From the NCBI GenBank assembly GCA_964016885.1, contig OZ024742.1:258912001-258976000 (forward strand): a stretch of DNA of 64,000 nt. The letters run 5' to 3'. The position numbers and the translations under genes are program-made. The DNA is from Eledone cirrhosa (lineage: Eukaryota). Below the pieces are notes generated by a model that saw nothing but the letters and a program-made list of their open reading frames with translations, did no database searches and was not told the origin of the DNA. Of the stretch, positions 42,017 to 57,001 are shown one piece after another (within the stretch, counting starts at the first letter, position 1; the number at the start of each line of letters is the position of its first letter).

Positions 42017-44660
42017 ATATACATATAAACATATACATATATAGATATGTGCTCCCAACACAAAAGCAAAATGGTGTAGGAGAGAACAAATGAGAGACAA
42101 AATAACAATTTCGTCACTGAAAATAGATAAACAACCATCGGGTTATTAAACCAAATATGAAATCTGTAATAAATTGAAGTGAAACCCAGCAGGTGCGTGT
42201 ATTTTTATTGGCAGCATGACCCTCCCAATGTATACCTGTTTCAACACACGCTCTCAGAAATCTTATAAAACAAATACAAAAACGAAGTATTTATATATAT
42301 AAATACTAATAAATTCAAATATAATGCGATCAGGAATTAACATTTCACATCGGTGGCTGCTTTGCTTTCCAATCCTTTTAATAATTGCGTAGATTTGAAA
42401 AGCTTGCAGATGCTAATATGTTCGTCGGAGAAATTGCAAGACGACAGTTGAAAATATGGGATTTCACGATGAGTAATATGACATTTGTCCCTGAGAACCA
42501 CTGGACCATACAATTATTGAGGTTTGAGAATATTGGTCATGTTAAAATGAGAATTGGATGAAAATTTCTCTATCATAATTGAATTTGAAGGAGGAATTGG
42601 AAAAACTGTGGATTGAAAAGTGAGGAATGTGATATATGTCTCCGAGAAACCAACGTTAAAGAATGTTTTTTTTCATTTTTTTTATTCAATGTAAATGAAA
42701 ATACAAATAATAAATGTTATTTCCGTATCTTGTTAGTTTTTAACCATCCAAATATTGGAGCGTTCATTAATTCTCCCAGAAACACCATACACTCCCATGT
42801 CCTTTCCGAACTATGTACAATTATACAATATATATCATTGTATGGGTTGTTTTGTTTGTTTATTTACCAACTGATTCTGAGATGTCAAGTTTTGACATTT
42901 CTCTTCAACCCCACTCCCTAAATAGCTGACATTTCTACTCAAATTCACCCCTCTAAATAGCTGACATAATATAATCTTTTCGACAGCTTCCCGCCATTTA
43001 TTTGTACGCTGCGTTTACTTCCGCCATTGATACTATTCAGTGAGCTTGAGCGCTAATACTGATGTAAATAAATGAGATAAAACATCTTATTCTAAATAGA
43101 TCATAAGTAATTCAATATATTTGGAATGTTGCCAGATCATCTAACATATATCGTTTGATCCTATGGATATTTACCCATCTGTCACGGGGCTTTAGAAAAT
43201 ATATACAAATAAAAAGAAACGAAAAGAATAATGATCAACAAATCTTTCTTGGCAGATTATCAATTATGAAACGTTTCCCTTCCTTAAAATCTGACTCTGT
43301 TACTGCTATACAATGAACGTCATTACACCAACAGGTCTAAATCACTGATACTCAATAATGATGGAAAGCTTTCTAATCTTATTTCATTATTATCATCATT
43401 TGTTTTGTGTTTATTTTGTTACACATACTTTCCCATCAATGATTTCACTATCATCTCTCAGACTACTCATAGAAAAATGTATTGTTCGATCTCCGTCGAT
43501 TCTGAAGACGAATATTCCAGTCAATATGACCTGCTTCTGAAATTTATATGCTAGTAGCTAAGCATTTGACAGACACGTATATCCATAACATTCTTCTCAG
43601 GGAGAATCAATAAATAACTAGGTTGGTTCTTTGAAGTACAGCCACCAACTCAATTATTTTAGCACAGAGGATTGAAGTGGCGTGAAACAAAGTGTCTTGT
43701 CCCAAACACAACGACTGCCAGGGAATTGAATTCACGACCTTATGATCATGAGCTGAATACCCTAACTATTGCGCCAGGCAATTAAGAAATAATATAGTTG
43801 TGTCCACATTATCCTCTACCGTGAACTTACTAAATGGAAGAGAACAACTGGTGACAGTAATAAAAAAAATACATATAAGGCATTAATGTACAACAATCAG
43901 CCATGATTATCGACATACAATCATGGGAAGAGCCAGCCCAAAATATGGGGCACTTAAATTCAGAGAAGTGGAAAATCCTTAGTACAGACCAACATCCGCA
44001 AAACGATAAATACGCGGTAGATCTCTAAAGATCGCTCAATTAGTTCTCCTTTGGGAGCCATAGGACACATGTGACTTACGGTAGACTACAATATACGTAC
44101 ACAATCTGATTCACCAACCATATACGAACACATAAAATGTAGAAAAGCATCGCTAATCCGGAGGCTCATCGAGCCGATGTTCATTGTAATTTTATTGGCA
44201 GTAAGCAACTGAAAGTCAATTGCAAAGTTAAGTACCAGATACGCCTGTACTCAACTTAAGCTAGCTGGGCTGGAGCAACCCGAAATGAAGTGTTTTGAGC
44301 ATGGACAAAAGACACCACACATTTAAATGTAACTAACACTAAGCCATGTTCCTTTATCACAAAAACCAACCTTTTAATTAAGTAGGCAAATATCAAGGTT
44401 TTTGTTAATGCCACTGGATGAAGAGTTAACCATTAATCACTACCTGTATCAGAGATCTACCACTAGTATCGGTTTCGAAGAGGCATATTCCAGTTGTTTG
44501 GTCATTGGAACAGCCTGCCCATAGACCGGCCTGTACTAAATTTTACTCACTAAGATTGATCGACTCCAATCTATATTAAATGTTAACCGTCCGAGGTGTT
44601 AGTCCCTGGTATCTAATCAGTAACGAACTTCTTAATCATTCGGCCATGATGTATCCTTGC

Positions 44661-44711
<51 letters not shown>

Positions 44712-44718
44712 GCTATCA

Positions 44719-44769
<51 letters not shown>

Positions 44770-44773
44770 TATA

Positions 44774-45916
44774 CTAGCAGCAGGACACGGCGTTGCACGG
44801 GGTAGGAAACGCATATGCAAAGATTGAGGAATGTTGGTGTATACTTTTTGATTTTCCTTATTCTCAGGGAATGATTGTTCATCTTCTGGAAACGTAGAAC
44901 ACCAGTAGTAGCAGTGTCAGTGGGCTGATTGCGGAAATCCTGTAAGCATAAGGAGTAAGTAAGTGTTGTGGGGCGATGTATGTCGCAAGTCTGTTCACGA
45001 ATTACGTCACGGATAGGGAACACACGTCAGTCTGAAGGAGCGACGTAGTCAATTGTGTGAAAACCAAGTAGGGATGTACGTTTAAGTAGGGATATTGAGA
45101 TGACGAAATCAGCGTGGCAACGCAGCTGCAGCAGAGGGGGTCATAGTGCAATTAACACAAACGCTAGGCGGCACTGTTGCACTGCGTTTACACAGCAACA
45201 AAGGTGCGACAAAAGGTGTCACCGTGGAATTAGCACAACTTCTGTCCGGCGTACTTGCGCAGGGCGTTCATACTGCGGTGTAGGTGCAACAAAAGGAGTC
45301 TTAGTAGAAGTAGCACAGACGTGAATTTTACGGTGTCAATAACATGTCAGCGTTCACAGAGCCCGGATTTGCACGTGATGAAAGCACGAAGCGTTAACAG
45401 GGCACCGACAAAAATGTTAAGGTCCTCCTCATTTCCTCAATCCCCCGAAAATGGTCCTGCTTAAAAGTAAGTACGGGTTGTGTCCTCTGTTAAATAAACC
45501 AGAGTTTTAACGAAATATTATACGCTACTTACGATGTTTAAGTAGCATTTATACTGAAAATGAAAATCGCATGTAATGCCCAATGCTTATTCGTAAATTT
45601 CCTAGAAGCCAGTAATAGAATCGGAATCTTTTTTGTCCACAGCTATGCTAACTAATGTGTGCTGTAAATTTCGAGGTATCGGCTGGATTATCTTTAATTT
45701 ACACCTCAAAAAAGCTTTAAAATTCCTGTAAAATGCGGTGTTTCGCCTAATGCGGCCCCTAGAGCAGAAAAAGTTAAATTCTTTTATCCCATTGCACTTC
45801 AAGAAATATAAGTAACGCATGTGTAAAGTTTGAAAAAATTCGGTCGGGTTCTTCTCGAGTTTTAGGGATTTAGAGAGACAGACAGACAGACACCCTCTGT
45901 TTTATATATAGAGAGA
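44774..45916 (-). mobile_element. Non-autonomous Helitron
   Basis: Minus strand: A|TCTCTCTATATATAAAAC..(GTCT)n at the 5' end; subterminal GC-rich imperfect hairpin cccgtgcaacgccgtg then CTAG|T at the 3' end. AT target and no TSD. Confidence 0.82.
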
Positions 45917-45983
45917 TATGTATGTATGTATAAGCATATGTACACATATACACACACATATATATATATATATATGTAAATAT

Positions 45984-46069
<86 letters not shown>

Positions 46070-46201
46070 TGTTATGCTTTGGAAGGGTCATGTTGCCAAT
46101 AAGAAACACACGCACCAGATGCTTTCACTCCAATTTATTATAAATTAAATTTATAAATTTCCGGTTGGTTGGTTCCACAACCGGACGGTTGTTCATATAT
46201 T

Positions 46202-46244
46202 GTCAAAGTTCTTTCGTCACACATTCTGTGACCCCTTCAGTGAC
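46202..46244 (-). ncRNA. Minimal type I HHR (A9G or extra G)
   Basis: guca-CUGAAGG-g-gucaca(gaaug)ugugac-GAAA-GAAC-UU|-ugac, inside a ~230-bp module bounded by (TA)n on both sides. Confidence 0.7.
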
Positions 46245-46301
46245 TGGGGATTCTTTTCTTTGTTTTTGTGCCTCTCCTTTGTTCTGTCCTACGCCATCTT
46301 G

Positions 46302-46343
<42 letters not shown>

Positions 46344-46439
46344 ATTTGGCACACAAAACAAGAAACGAAATACGTGGGATGAAAGAACCTCCTGGTTAAT
46401 TTTCTGCATGCTGAAAGTATTGCATAATATTAAAGTTAG

Positions 46440-46700
46440 GATATAAGGTGTCGTAAAACACGCAATCGGAAGATTCATTCGTGAAAAGAAAACAATATAG
46501 AGACAAGGGACATCAAGTACGTATCTTTTGACTTGAACAGCAATACGAGTATGCAAAAAAGTAACAAATCTTACGTCATGAAATGATGTAAACAAGTTGA
46601 GCAAATGAGGTAATGCTGGACGGCATTGCTATTCATGGAAAGGTGTTTTGGGTGATGATCTGTAAAGCGTGGTTAGATATTTTGTACTTCAATTTATGTG
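46440..46700 (-). pseudogene. Possible highly decayed GIY-YIG C-terminal remnant
   Basis: RFTDHHPKHLSMNSNAVQHYLICSTC..., then RFVTFLHT...KRYVLD. Motif spacing only. Confidence 0.35.
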
Positions 46701-46788
46701 GGGTATGTTTATGAGAGTTTAGTTTGGTTTGGTATCACCTTTCCAGTTTTATTATAAGGCATATATGACATAGAGTTATATATATAAC

Positions 46789-46856
<68 letters not shown>

Positions 46857-48715
46857 GAGAGAGGGAGAGAGAGGGAGAGAGAGAGAAATATCCTGGAGAA
46901 ATGACGATGTGATATAATTTGATGAATATAGAAATGTTTATTTTAAATTTTGGAATTTAAAAACATGATTGTGTTCTATTCAGATTTTAAATTTGTGTAC
47001 ACACTCCTATTATATAAAGGCTTATTTTTTTATGAATAAGGCAGTTCAATGTTTCTGTCCATTTTGGGCCTGATGGCTGCCACTATACAAAATAAAAATA
47101 TTGCTTTCCAAGAACGGAAACATTTTTTTGCAGCTTCTAACTATACAGTAGAAATTTGTATGACAAAGAAGAAAAAAGAAATGACAAAAAAAAAATGGGA
47201 TTCCATTAACAATGTTAGAATAGTTCGACAAAATCAATAATTTTGTCAACATCTAAAAGAAAAAGAATAACATCCAGCAGCTAAAAGTGCTCCGAGAAGA
47301 CTAACAAGGCTGGCTTCTATTTAGAGGAAAGCATGTAATTACATCCTTATTGGTTGCATTTTCACGGTTGCATATTTGTGACGGCTAAATGTGTCCATAT
47401 ATATACTGCTTTAAAAGATATCATCTCCAGGAATCATTAGTTTTTCGTACAGCTTCTTCTCATAAAAAAAAGTCGGTTATTGAAAAATAAGAAAAATTTA
47501 CGCTGACGACACAGAAAAGGAAAACAATTTCCAGAACTCTCTGTAAAAAGAAAGGATAATTTCGAACAAAATGTTACTTTTTACGGAATCGCGAAGTTAT
47601 TTCCCATAAAAGAACCGTATATTCTGAGTGTTTGAGTGTGTATATGAGCGGCTGTATATTGTACGCATCCACGATCGTGTGTGTGCATGCCTGCGTGGGT
47701 CATATGAAAGTATTCGCTTCTTCTCCCACTTATTTTGTATTACTATATCTCTATTTTATGTAGAAGGAAATTAATTTTAGATCTTTTTTTCCAAAAGAAT
47801 GTTTTAGAACGTTTTTATCTCGGGGTGCATAAAATATGGTTATTTGTATGATTTTCTGTAACTCATAATTTAACATGGATACGTACTGGAATAGCAGGAA
47901 ATAGTAACCACCAGTGCGATAGCTGCAATACTGCAAAGAAATACGCCTACCAGTTTGACGCTTAAGAATATGACAGAGGTTTTAACGTAGCTGTAATGAT
48001 AATATTAGTTTGAACGTTTTAAAAGTGTTAATGTGTTTTTTTTTTATTAACTATGAGTTACAACCACAGGCATTTTTGATTATAAGAAAACATTACTCTT
48101 TACATTAGTTCATAGTTTAGCAATGTAAAATTAAGCTCCAGTTCTACTTATTTATACCATACTAGATGGTCGCATATTTCGGTGTTGTCACGCGGTCTCA
48201 TTCTTCCAAAACAAAAGTCTAGTCATCTTCTGATTTTAAACAGAGAAACCTGGACAAATTATAGAGTTTTATTAGCATGCGTAATTCGTTATTTCTATAG
48301 TATTATGTGTCTAACCAATTCTTTGACACTAACGAGTAAGGATTAGGTAATGCGAGATAGAATTCGACAGTGTCAAATTGGGTGAATCTGGAGTTAATTT
48401 GATTAATAGTGTTCAACCAACTAACGAATTTGCTGCTATTTCTTATTTATTCGAGGGTAGTTGCTTTTCTAATGCTGCTATTGACGTTACTTAAAATGTC
48501 CCTTCTAATTAATACAATTTGGATTTAGCGAGTTCAATGAATCTACATTTGGGGTTTGAGGTAATACGTTATGTATGGTCCCTAAGCGCAATGTACAGTT
48601 TTCTATAAACAGATTGCTTTATTATCTATCTTATGGTTTGGGCTAAGTTTTTTTCTTGACACATTATTTATATCATTGTTTGTTTGCCCATATATATCGA
48701 TATAGCTTTAAGTTA

Positions 48716-49394
48716 CATTATTAATTAGTATTTCAATTATATCAGGGAATTCTAATGTTTATTCTCATTTATTTAAGATTTCTTAGGGCCACACTTAAAA
48801 TTGTTTCGGAACATATAAGTGTAGCTCCGAAAATGTAGGTTAGATGTTATGACGAAAATATCGCATTCTAAAGGTTTTAGTTATTTAATTCTTAGATGGG
48901 AAATGTGTATATCGATAAATCAAGACCAGAGAATGGTTTTTCAATAATTTCAGAGATATAGAGGATACTTTCCAGTTCATGTGTTTTACTGCATCTTTTC
49001 CACATAATTCCACGTAGTATACTTTGCAGAATAGGCCAGGCTTTACAAATTCATTGTTGAGGTAATAACCATCGAACAATATTGCTAGATTGAGCAGGAA
49101 ATTCCGAGTAGCATTTATAATTTCTAAAATATTGTATTCTTTGCAAATATTAAGTATTCTATACTTTATTACGCACGCAATTATATATAACATATACTTA
49201 GTTTATATATGGGGCATTCCAGATAATTTCACAACTGAATGAAACAATATCAGTCCTGTAGAAGTCAATTCAATTTGAAATAAATTCTTTCTCCCTCGCT
49301 CTCTCTTCAGAGAAAAAATACACACAAGCACTCACACACATACACATACACACACATACACACACATACACACACACATATATATATATATATA

Positions 49395-49473
<79 letters not shown>

Positions 49474-49842
49474 GTGAGTGCTTGTGTGTGTTTTTTTCTC
49501 TGAAGAGAGAGCGAGGGAGAAAGAATTTATTTCAAATTGAATTGACTTCTACAGGACTGATATTGTTTCATTCAGTTGTGAAATTATCTGGAATGCCCCA
49601 TATATAAACTAAGTATATGTTATATATAATTGCGTGCGTAATAAAGTATAGAATACTTAATATTTGCAAAGAATACAATATTTTAGAAATTATAAATGCT
49701 ACTCGGAATTTCCTGCTCAATCTAGCAATATTGTTCGATGGTTATTACCTCAACAATTTTAAGTGTGGCCCTAAGAAATCTAAAATAAATGAGAATAAAC
49801 ATTAGAACTCCCTGATATAACTGAAATACTAATTAATAATGT
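48716..49842. repeat. Near-perfect inverted duplication centred on a (CA)n(TA)n(TG)n tract; right arm lacks ~250 bp
   Basis: 49054-49340 vs 49465-49757 and 48716-48805 vs 49752-49842 are reverse complements. The deletion is bounded by attgtt microhomology. Confidence 0.92.
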
Positions 49843-49899
49843 CGATACACACACACACACACACAGACACACACACAAACACACATACACACACACACG

Positions 49900-49938
<39 letters not shown>

Positions 49939-50444
49939 GTGTGTGTGTGTGTATGTGTGTGTGTGTGTATCGACATTTGTAAGTGAATGTGAGTGCCTGT
50001 GTCTGTCTCCTTCTGCCTAGCTTTTATATAACTTTGATAAAAACAATGGTATATTTCTGTAAAATTTACTGGAAATGGAGAGCTATTTAGAGTATTTGCT
50101 TTAATTATTCTGCGATATTAGCTAATAATACTCTAAGCTCTATTATGCTAGAAATTGCCTGTTGCTAATTTTGATGGGACAATTCACTATTCACTTCTGT
50201 TTCTTTTATTTGCTATACTGAAGTTATTGTTTGCATTTTTTCTACTATCACTCTGTGCGCTATACAATACAACTTACCACACGAACACACTTACATAGAA
50301 TACATGTAAATCCAGCATACACCATACTGATGTTGACAACCTAACTATATTTCTCAAAGACGCAGTGTCCTCGTTGTATTGCGTATATAATTTTAATCAG
50401 TAATATCTATGGAGATTGTGCCGTATTATTTATTGTAGAGTTAC

Positions 50445-50576
50445 GGCCCTTACCATTCTGAGTTCAAATCCCGCCGAGGTTAACTTTGCCTTTCATCCTT
50501 ACGAGGTCGATAAAATAAAGTACCAGTAATACACTGGGTAATTGCTGGCCTTGTGCCAAAAAGTAGAAACAATTAT
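50445..50576 (+). mobile_element. tRNA-derived SINE, 5'-truncated; a more decayed copy follows at about 50600-50760
   Basis: ttctgagttcaaatcccgccgaggttaactttgcctttcatcc...ccttgtgccaaaaagtagaaac. Confidence 0.85.
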
Positions 50577-51285
50577 TTATTGTGATTTCAAGACTGCAAA
50601 ATGGCAGGGCTGTCAAGAAGTTGTATTAAATACCTCAGTATTAGTTTCGAAACTCCCTACTCTTAGTTTGAGTCCAGTTGAGGCCAACGTTGTCTTTCAT
50701 CCTTTAGGTACAGATAAATCTACCAAACAAAAGTACCAAACCATTATTGAGTTTGATTCGTCGGGCACTCCCTATAATTTTGTTCTGCTCACTCTTTTTC
50801 ATTTACTTCCCTCCGTGCCTTCTTTATCAGTTGTTCTTACACTTAATATATCACAGATATTGTGTTGTAGAATTATTTCGGAAGATATCTCATGTTGTCT
50901 CTCAAATTTGTCTGTGTAATTATGTGATTAATGTAGGGCGTTCGAATATAGTTCACTTTTATACTTCTGTTTCTCAATTCAAAATACTTCTATAATTGCT
51001 GTACTATAGAAAACAAAACAACGCTGAGGCAACCTCGACTCTATTAAGAGACTATTTTTTTCTACTTTTAGACCACAACCTGCATCACCATACAAGTTTT
51101 AACATTGTTAAAATGCGATAAATATTTTGTACTACATGTCAAACGTCAAACATATCTTTACAAAAGCCGGGTTGATTGTGCGATCTCAAGACAACAATTT
51201 CTGTTGACTGGATTGCCGAAAACGAAGAAAAAGATTTATTAGCTTGCTTAAGTATATTATTCTACAGAACTCAACTCCTTATATA

Positions 51286-51369
<84 letters not shown>

Positions 51370-51488
51370 ATGGGAAAAGATTCGGACGCCACGCTGAGCT
51401 CTGGCCGTTTTGACAGCTATATATATATATATTTATATATATGCGCGCGTGTGTTAATTTTTTGTGTCTGTGTCTGTGTTTGTACATA

Positions 51489-51545
<57 letters not shown>

Positions 51546-51715
51546 ATGCGTGTGTGTGTGTGTACATGTGTGTGGTGTGTGTTGTATGCATATACATAAT
51601 ATATATTTACTTACAAAAATTAATCGGTTACCATCCTGAAACTCTGCGTACATACGAATATATATGGTTTGTTGACATGTATTTTATTTAATGTATTTAT
51701 ACATATAAATACATT

Positions 51716-51777
<62 letters not shown>

Positions 51778-52228
51778 AATGTGTGTGTATATATATATAT
51801 ATGTGTGTGTGTATGTATGTATGCACATACAATTATATTATATATAACAAGCTTATGTATAATATCACTAAATCAAACAAATATATCTGTATATACATAG
51901 ACTATCCAATATGAACTTACTGCCCACACACACATGCACACACACACACACGAAATCTACTCATAAAAAGATGAGACACACATTCAGACTTATGCCGTAT
52001 CTTTTCTTCTCTCTAGGCAAATCAGTTAGTAACCACTTCTTCCTTGTTAGCAAGCAGATATATTGATACTATTGATGTTAACCTAGTCTCAGAATTATTG
52101 GCAGCTGTCATCATTGAAGCTGGTTTCACGGTGGTGTCTCTTCTATCGCTGATTCTTCTTCTCAACAAGAAAGAACGCCGACCATTCATAAGAAGCACAA
52201 CAATAATGTCGAGGACATCAATAAACGA

Positions 52229-52264
52229 TTACTACTACTACTGCTACTGATGCTGCTGCTGTTG

Positions 52265-52297
<33 letters not shown>

Positions 52298-52509
52298 TTA
52301 CTACTACTACTACTACTACTGCTACTACGACGACGACGAAGAAGAAAAAGAAGAAGAAGAAGAACACCACCAACAACAACAACAACGTGAAAAAGAAAAA
52401 AAGAACAAGAAAATGAAAAAAGAAGAACACCACCACCACCACCAATAACAACAACAAGAAAGAGAAGAAGAAGAAGAAGAAGAAGAAGAAGAAGAAGAAG
52501 AAGAAGAAG

Positions 52510-52557
<48 letters not shown>

Positions 52558-52570
52558 AACAACAACAACA
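52229..52570. repeat. Compound trinucleotide microsatellite (ACT/GCT/GAC/GAA/CAC/AAC)
   Basis: Direct reading. A similar (ACT)n(AAT)n tract lies at 52781-52901. Confidence 0.97.
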
Positions 52571-52825
52571 AACAAGCCTTCAGGGATTTGATTTCCGTCA
52601 ATTTCTACGATAAACGTTTCGGTTATTCGATGGAGGTTAAATTAACGTGTAAATACCTGAGCATTCTTCACACACGTGTAAAGTTAATATAAAACTATAG
52701 GATATTTAGCATGGTACAATGCATGAAAAGATTGGCCCTTTGAAATATGTCTGCTGTCCATCCAATCGGCTTCCACATTTTACTACTACTACTACTACTA
52801 CTACTACAACTGCTACTACTACTAC

Positions 52826-52874
<49 letters not shown>

Positions 52875-53158
52875 AATGCTACTATAACTATGACTACTAC
52901 TACTTTATGTATATACATATAAATATTTATAAGTACTTTTCCACTTAAATGTATGTATTTTTCCAAATAGTATACGCTATATATATATGTACAAAATACT
53001 GTGTTTCACTAACAATATATGTCTCTTTCTCTCTCTCTATGTATATATGCATATATCTTTTAATTTGACATATTGACGCTCTGCAAAAACGTCCATTGAG
53101 CTTTTCTGCTGATAAACATAATAATACATATTATATAGTTTATGATACTTAAATTAGA

Positions 53159-53207
<49 letters not shown>

Positions 53208-53810
53208 CTAAGTTAAGTATCATTTTTCTCTTTCTTTTTTTCAATCCTCAATTAATCGAACCTTCCATTTTTATATATTGGTGGAATCGCTGACACCTTG
53301 TAAATTGAGTAAAAATATTGAGGCTAGAGTAGAGGCTGGTTTAGACTTCATCAAGGGGCTTGTTTTGTGTTGGCTTGTTAGTGACAGCAATGGTGGGAGA
53401 TGCTGCAATGGTGTATTACCAGAGGTTGACAATGTGTGATAGCTAGAAGTTATTCTATCTCTTATGCTAGGTTTAACATGGGTAAAAAAGAGTTTTGTTG
53501 TTGTGGGAGAAGTTGCTGGCTAGTGTTCTTGTTGCACTGTTGGATAATGTTATACTTTCCACCTTTGTTTGCGCTTTTGCACCCGGAGCAAATTTGATGA
53601 AAAAACTCAATTGGTTTAAGTTTATTTCGGATCTGCGTATTGAACCTTTGGGCAGTTTTGGGGGGCAATGTGGTTTCAGACAGGAAGCATTTCAGAAGAG
53701 CAATAGGGTCAGTCGTGATGCATAACTTGCTACTGCTTTTAGAAGAGTCTAAACAGCACGTCTGTATACATGAAAATATGTATATACATATGCATATAAA
53801 TATATATGTA

Positions 53811-53854
<44 letters not shown>

Positions 53855-53873
53855 GCATATATGCAAAAACACA

Positions 53874-53961
<88 letters not shown>

Positions 53962-54101
53962 ATATATATATATATATATAAATATATACAAATAAAGATT
54001 AAGCGCGAATCGCACTTTGGCGGGCAGGAAAGGCGAAGAGAAACGCAAAAATCAGAAATGATACTGGTAAAGTGCTCAATAGTTAAAAACCAGAGCTAAA
54101 C

Positions 54102-54476
<375 letters not shown>

Positions 54477-54506
54477 TATATATATATTTGTATATATATA
54501 TATATT

Positions 54507-54565
<59 letters not shown>

Positions 54566-54567
<2 letters not shown>

Positions 54568-54667
54568 GTTATTCCGGGTTGAGTCGGAGGTAACCACAGT
54601 AAGTAAGGTACTGATGATTTCTAATGAATGAAACAGTTCTAGTCCTGTAGAATCTCATCTATATTAA

Positions 54668-54670
<3 letters not shown>
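54566..54670 (+). mobile_element. ~105-bp TA-flanked module: inverted tail joined to an HHR core lacking its 5' stem I
   Basis: 54566-54612 is antisense to about 19965-20010. It is followed by CUGAUGA-u-uuc(uaau)gaa-u-GAAAC-aguucua-GUC (54611-54644). Confidence 0.78.
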
Positions 54671-54744
<74 letters not shown>

Positions 54745-55391
54745 TATATATACTTATATTCATATATCTATAAGGCAAATGTAGTGTATAGCGTATCATT
54801 AATTCACAATCACGAAATTGCTTTCTGCATTCTCTATTTCTTTCCACATCTATTTACTGCCTTGCTCCATATCAAAAGATTTATAGTACTCAAATGTCGA
54901 TAGCACATTTCATTCCTTCATTCTTGTGATCTTCAATGAAATTAGTCTAATCTAAACGATTGCACATTCTCTTTGAGACAGAGAGGGAGAGAGCGGGTAG
55001 AGAGGGAGGGAGAGAAGGAGAGAGAGAGAGAGACGGCAAGCAAGAAAGCGAGAGAAGGAGGGAGAGTCACTGAGCGAGAGAGAAAGAGATGAGTCACGTG
55101 CTGTGACAGTCACCTGCATTGAATATTCAACCTCAATAAATATTCTTCGTCATAGAATCACATAGAGTGTTTCTCTTCCACCTTTCAGCACATCTGACCG
55201 TTATACTCATGCATTAGAGGTAATAATATACTAGTAGCTCATTCAATGTGAAAATCTAGTGTAAAACTATGCCACGCCACCCGCCCTTCTAATACGTGGC
55301 AAGATACCGTGGGTGTTATTATCATAGAACATCAATTTATCTACATATTTTTTTCCTTTGTTTGCATACCTGTGCATATATGTGAGTTATT

Positions 55392-55475
<84 letters not shown>

Positions 55476-56812
55476 AGAGCGAGAATGAGGGGCTCATTTT
55501 ACTGACATGACTTAAAAGGGGCTGTTTGTGAAATTGCAAATGAATCGAATATTATTATTAATATTAAAACAACTGAGATTACATATATATATATATAACG
55601 AGCCGGAATGCACGTTTATTATGTATAGAATTATTTTATGGAGACACACTGGGATTAACTGTAGTTATTATAGCGAAACATTGTATATCTCGACGCAGCA
55701 AGCCTAAATGTTTGATTATTGTAATATCTTACATATCTACCATTTCCCCCACTTCGAAAACTTTCCAAAATGAATAGTCGCTGGAAGTAAATACATTCAT
55801 GTTTAAGAGGGCCAACCTATCACATTTGATATCGATTTGAAAATAGGTTTATATGCGTTGCATGCGGTAAATATAATGTCACCAAAGTAAAACGATCCTT
55901 TCGTGTTTATTCTACAGATAATACTGCAAGAGAGCAGGAGAGGGTGAGAGAAAGTTTCAAAGACACAGGAGAAATGAGAAAGAGAGAGAGAGTGATATGA
56001 AGAAAGATGGAGGGAGAGAGAGAATCAAGAAGAAAATAGTACAATTGTTGAATCAAAGTTAGAATTGCAATGCTTTCAAATGCAGCTGCTAACTGTTAGA
56101 TTAAAATTAATGCTTTCCTTTGTGTGACTTGTAGCATTCTGTGTAGGAGATCAGTAATTTTAATTACTAAGTCATTGAAATGATTGGTAGCAGAAACCAT
56201 GGCATTTTACTTGAACAAAAAAAATGTGAAGAAATAGTGATATGAGACAGAAATTTAATATAGAGAGAAACAATGTGAATATATTGACGACAGAGACAAC
56301 TTTAGAATTTACTGCTGCTAATATCACCTGAAGCACTTGAAACGACAAAATGAATATCTACGAGATTTTTATTGGAAATCTATAGAAAACGGGTATCTTT
56401 TCTATAAATGGCTTCATGCATAGAATATGCCGGATGTTTGTAGAATATAGAAGGAGTAGGCCATTTATACCTGTAATTAATTATTAGCACTAATGATAAA
56501 CCCTCAAGGACATTGCTGTATAACTTAGTGCATTGGAGTATACATCTAACAGAATGATTATTGGTAATTCTAATCAGTCAGAAAATAGATAATTCCACAC
56601 AAATATCTCTTTTGCAACTTTAAAAGAGGAACTATTTCTCTTTGGTTAATCGTAATGAATACCTTATTAATAAGTAGAACTTCTAGTAACTATTCATTGA
56701 AGTATAAACTGATCAGATGTAAAATAAATTGCTTTGCTGTGAGGAAGGGAAAACATCTTACGTTTCAGGTCGTACTCATGAAAACCAACTTAGATTATTC
56801 ATTCTGCTCAAT

Positions 56813-57001
56813 AACTGTTTCTACTTTTGGCCCAAGGCCAGCAATTACCCAGTACATTAATGGTACTTTATTTTATCGACCCCATAAGGATGAAAAGCAA
56901 AGATAACCTCGACGGGATTTGAACTCAGACCGTAAAGGGACGAAACTATGCTAGAAAGCATGGCGTCCAACCCTCTACTGATACTGCCAATTCACCGCCC
57001 T
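56813..57001 (-). mobile_element. Full-length tRNA-derived SINE
   Basis: gggcggtgaattggcagtatcagtag (A-box-like), ctgagttcaaatccc (B-box), and the family body and tail. Confidence 0.88.

Noticed and set aside
48885-49805. Paired ORFs MLYIIACVIKYRIL on opposite strands
   Set aside because: A by-product of the inverted duplication; no domain similarity.
53462-53740. Open minus-strand frame ([14 protein letters not shown]...) as a host exon or PLE N-terminus
   Set aside because: No recognisable domain or splice evidence; would need a homology search.
56920-57001. A/B-box region as a tRNA gene
   Set aside because: No cloverleaf; it is the head of a multi-copy SINE.
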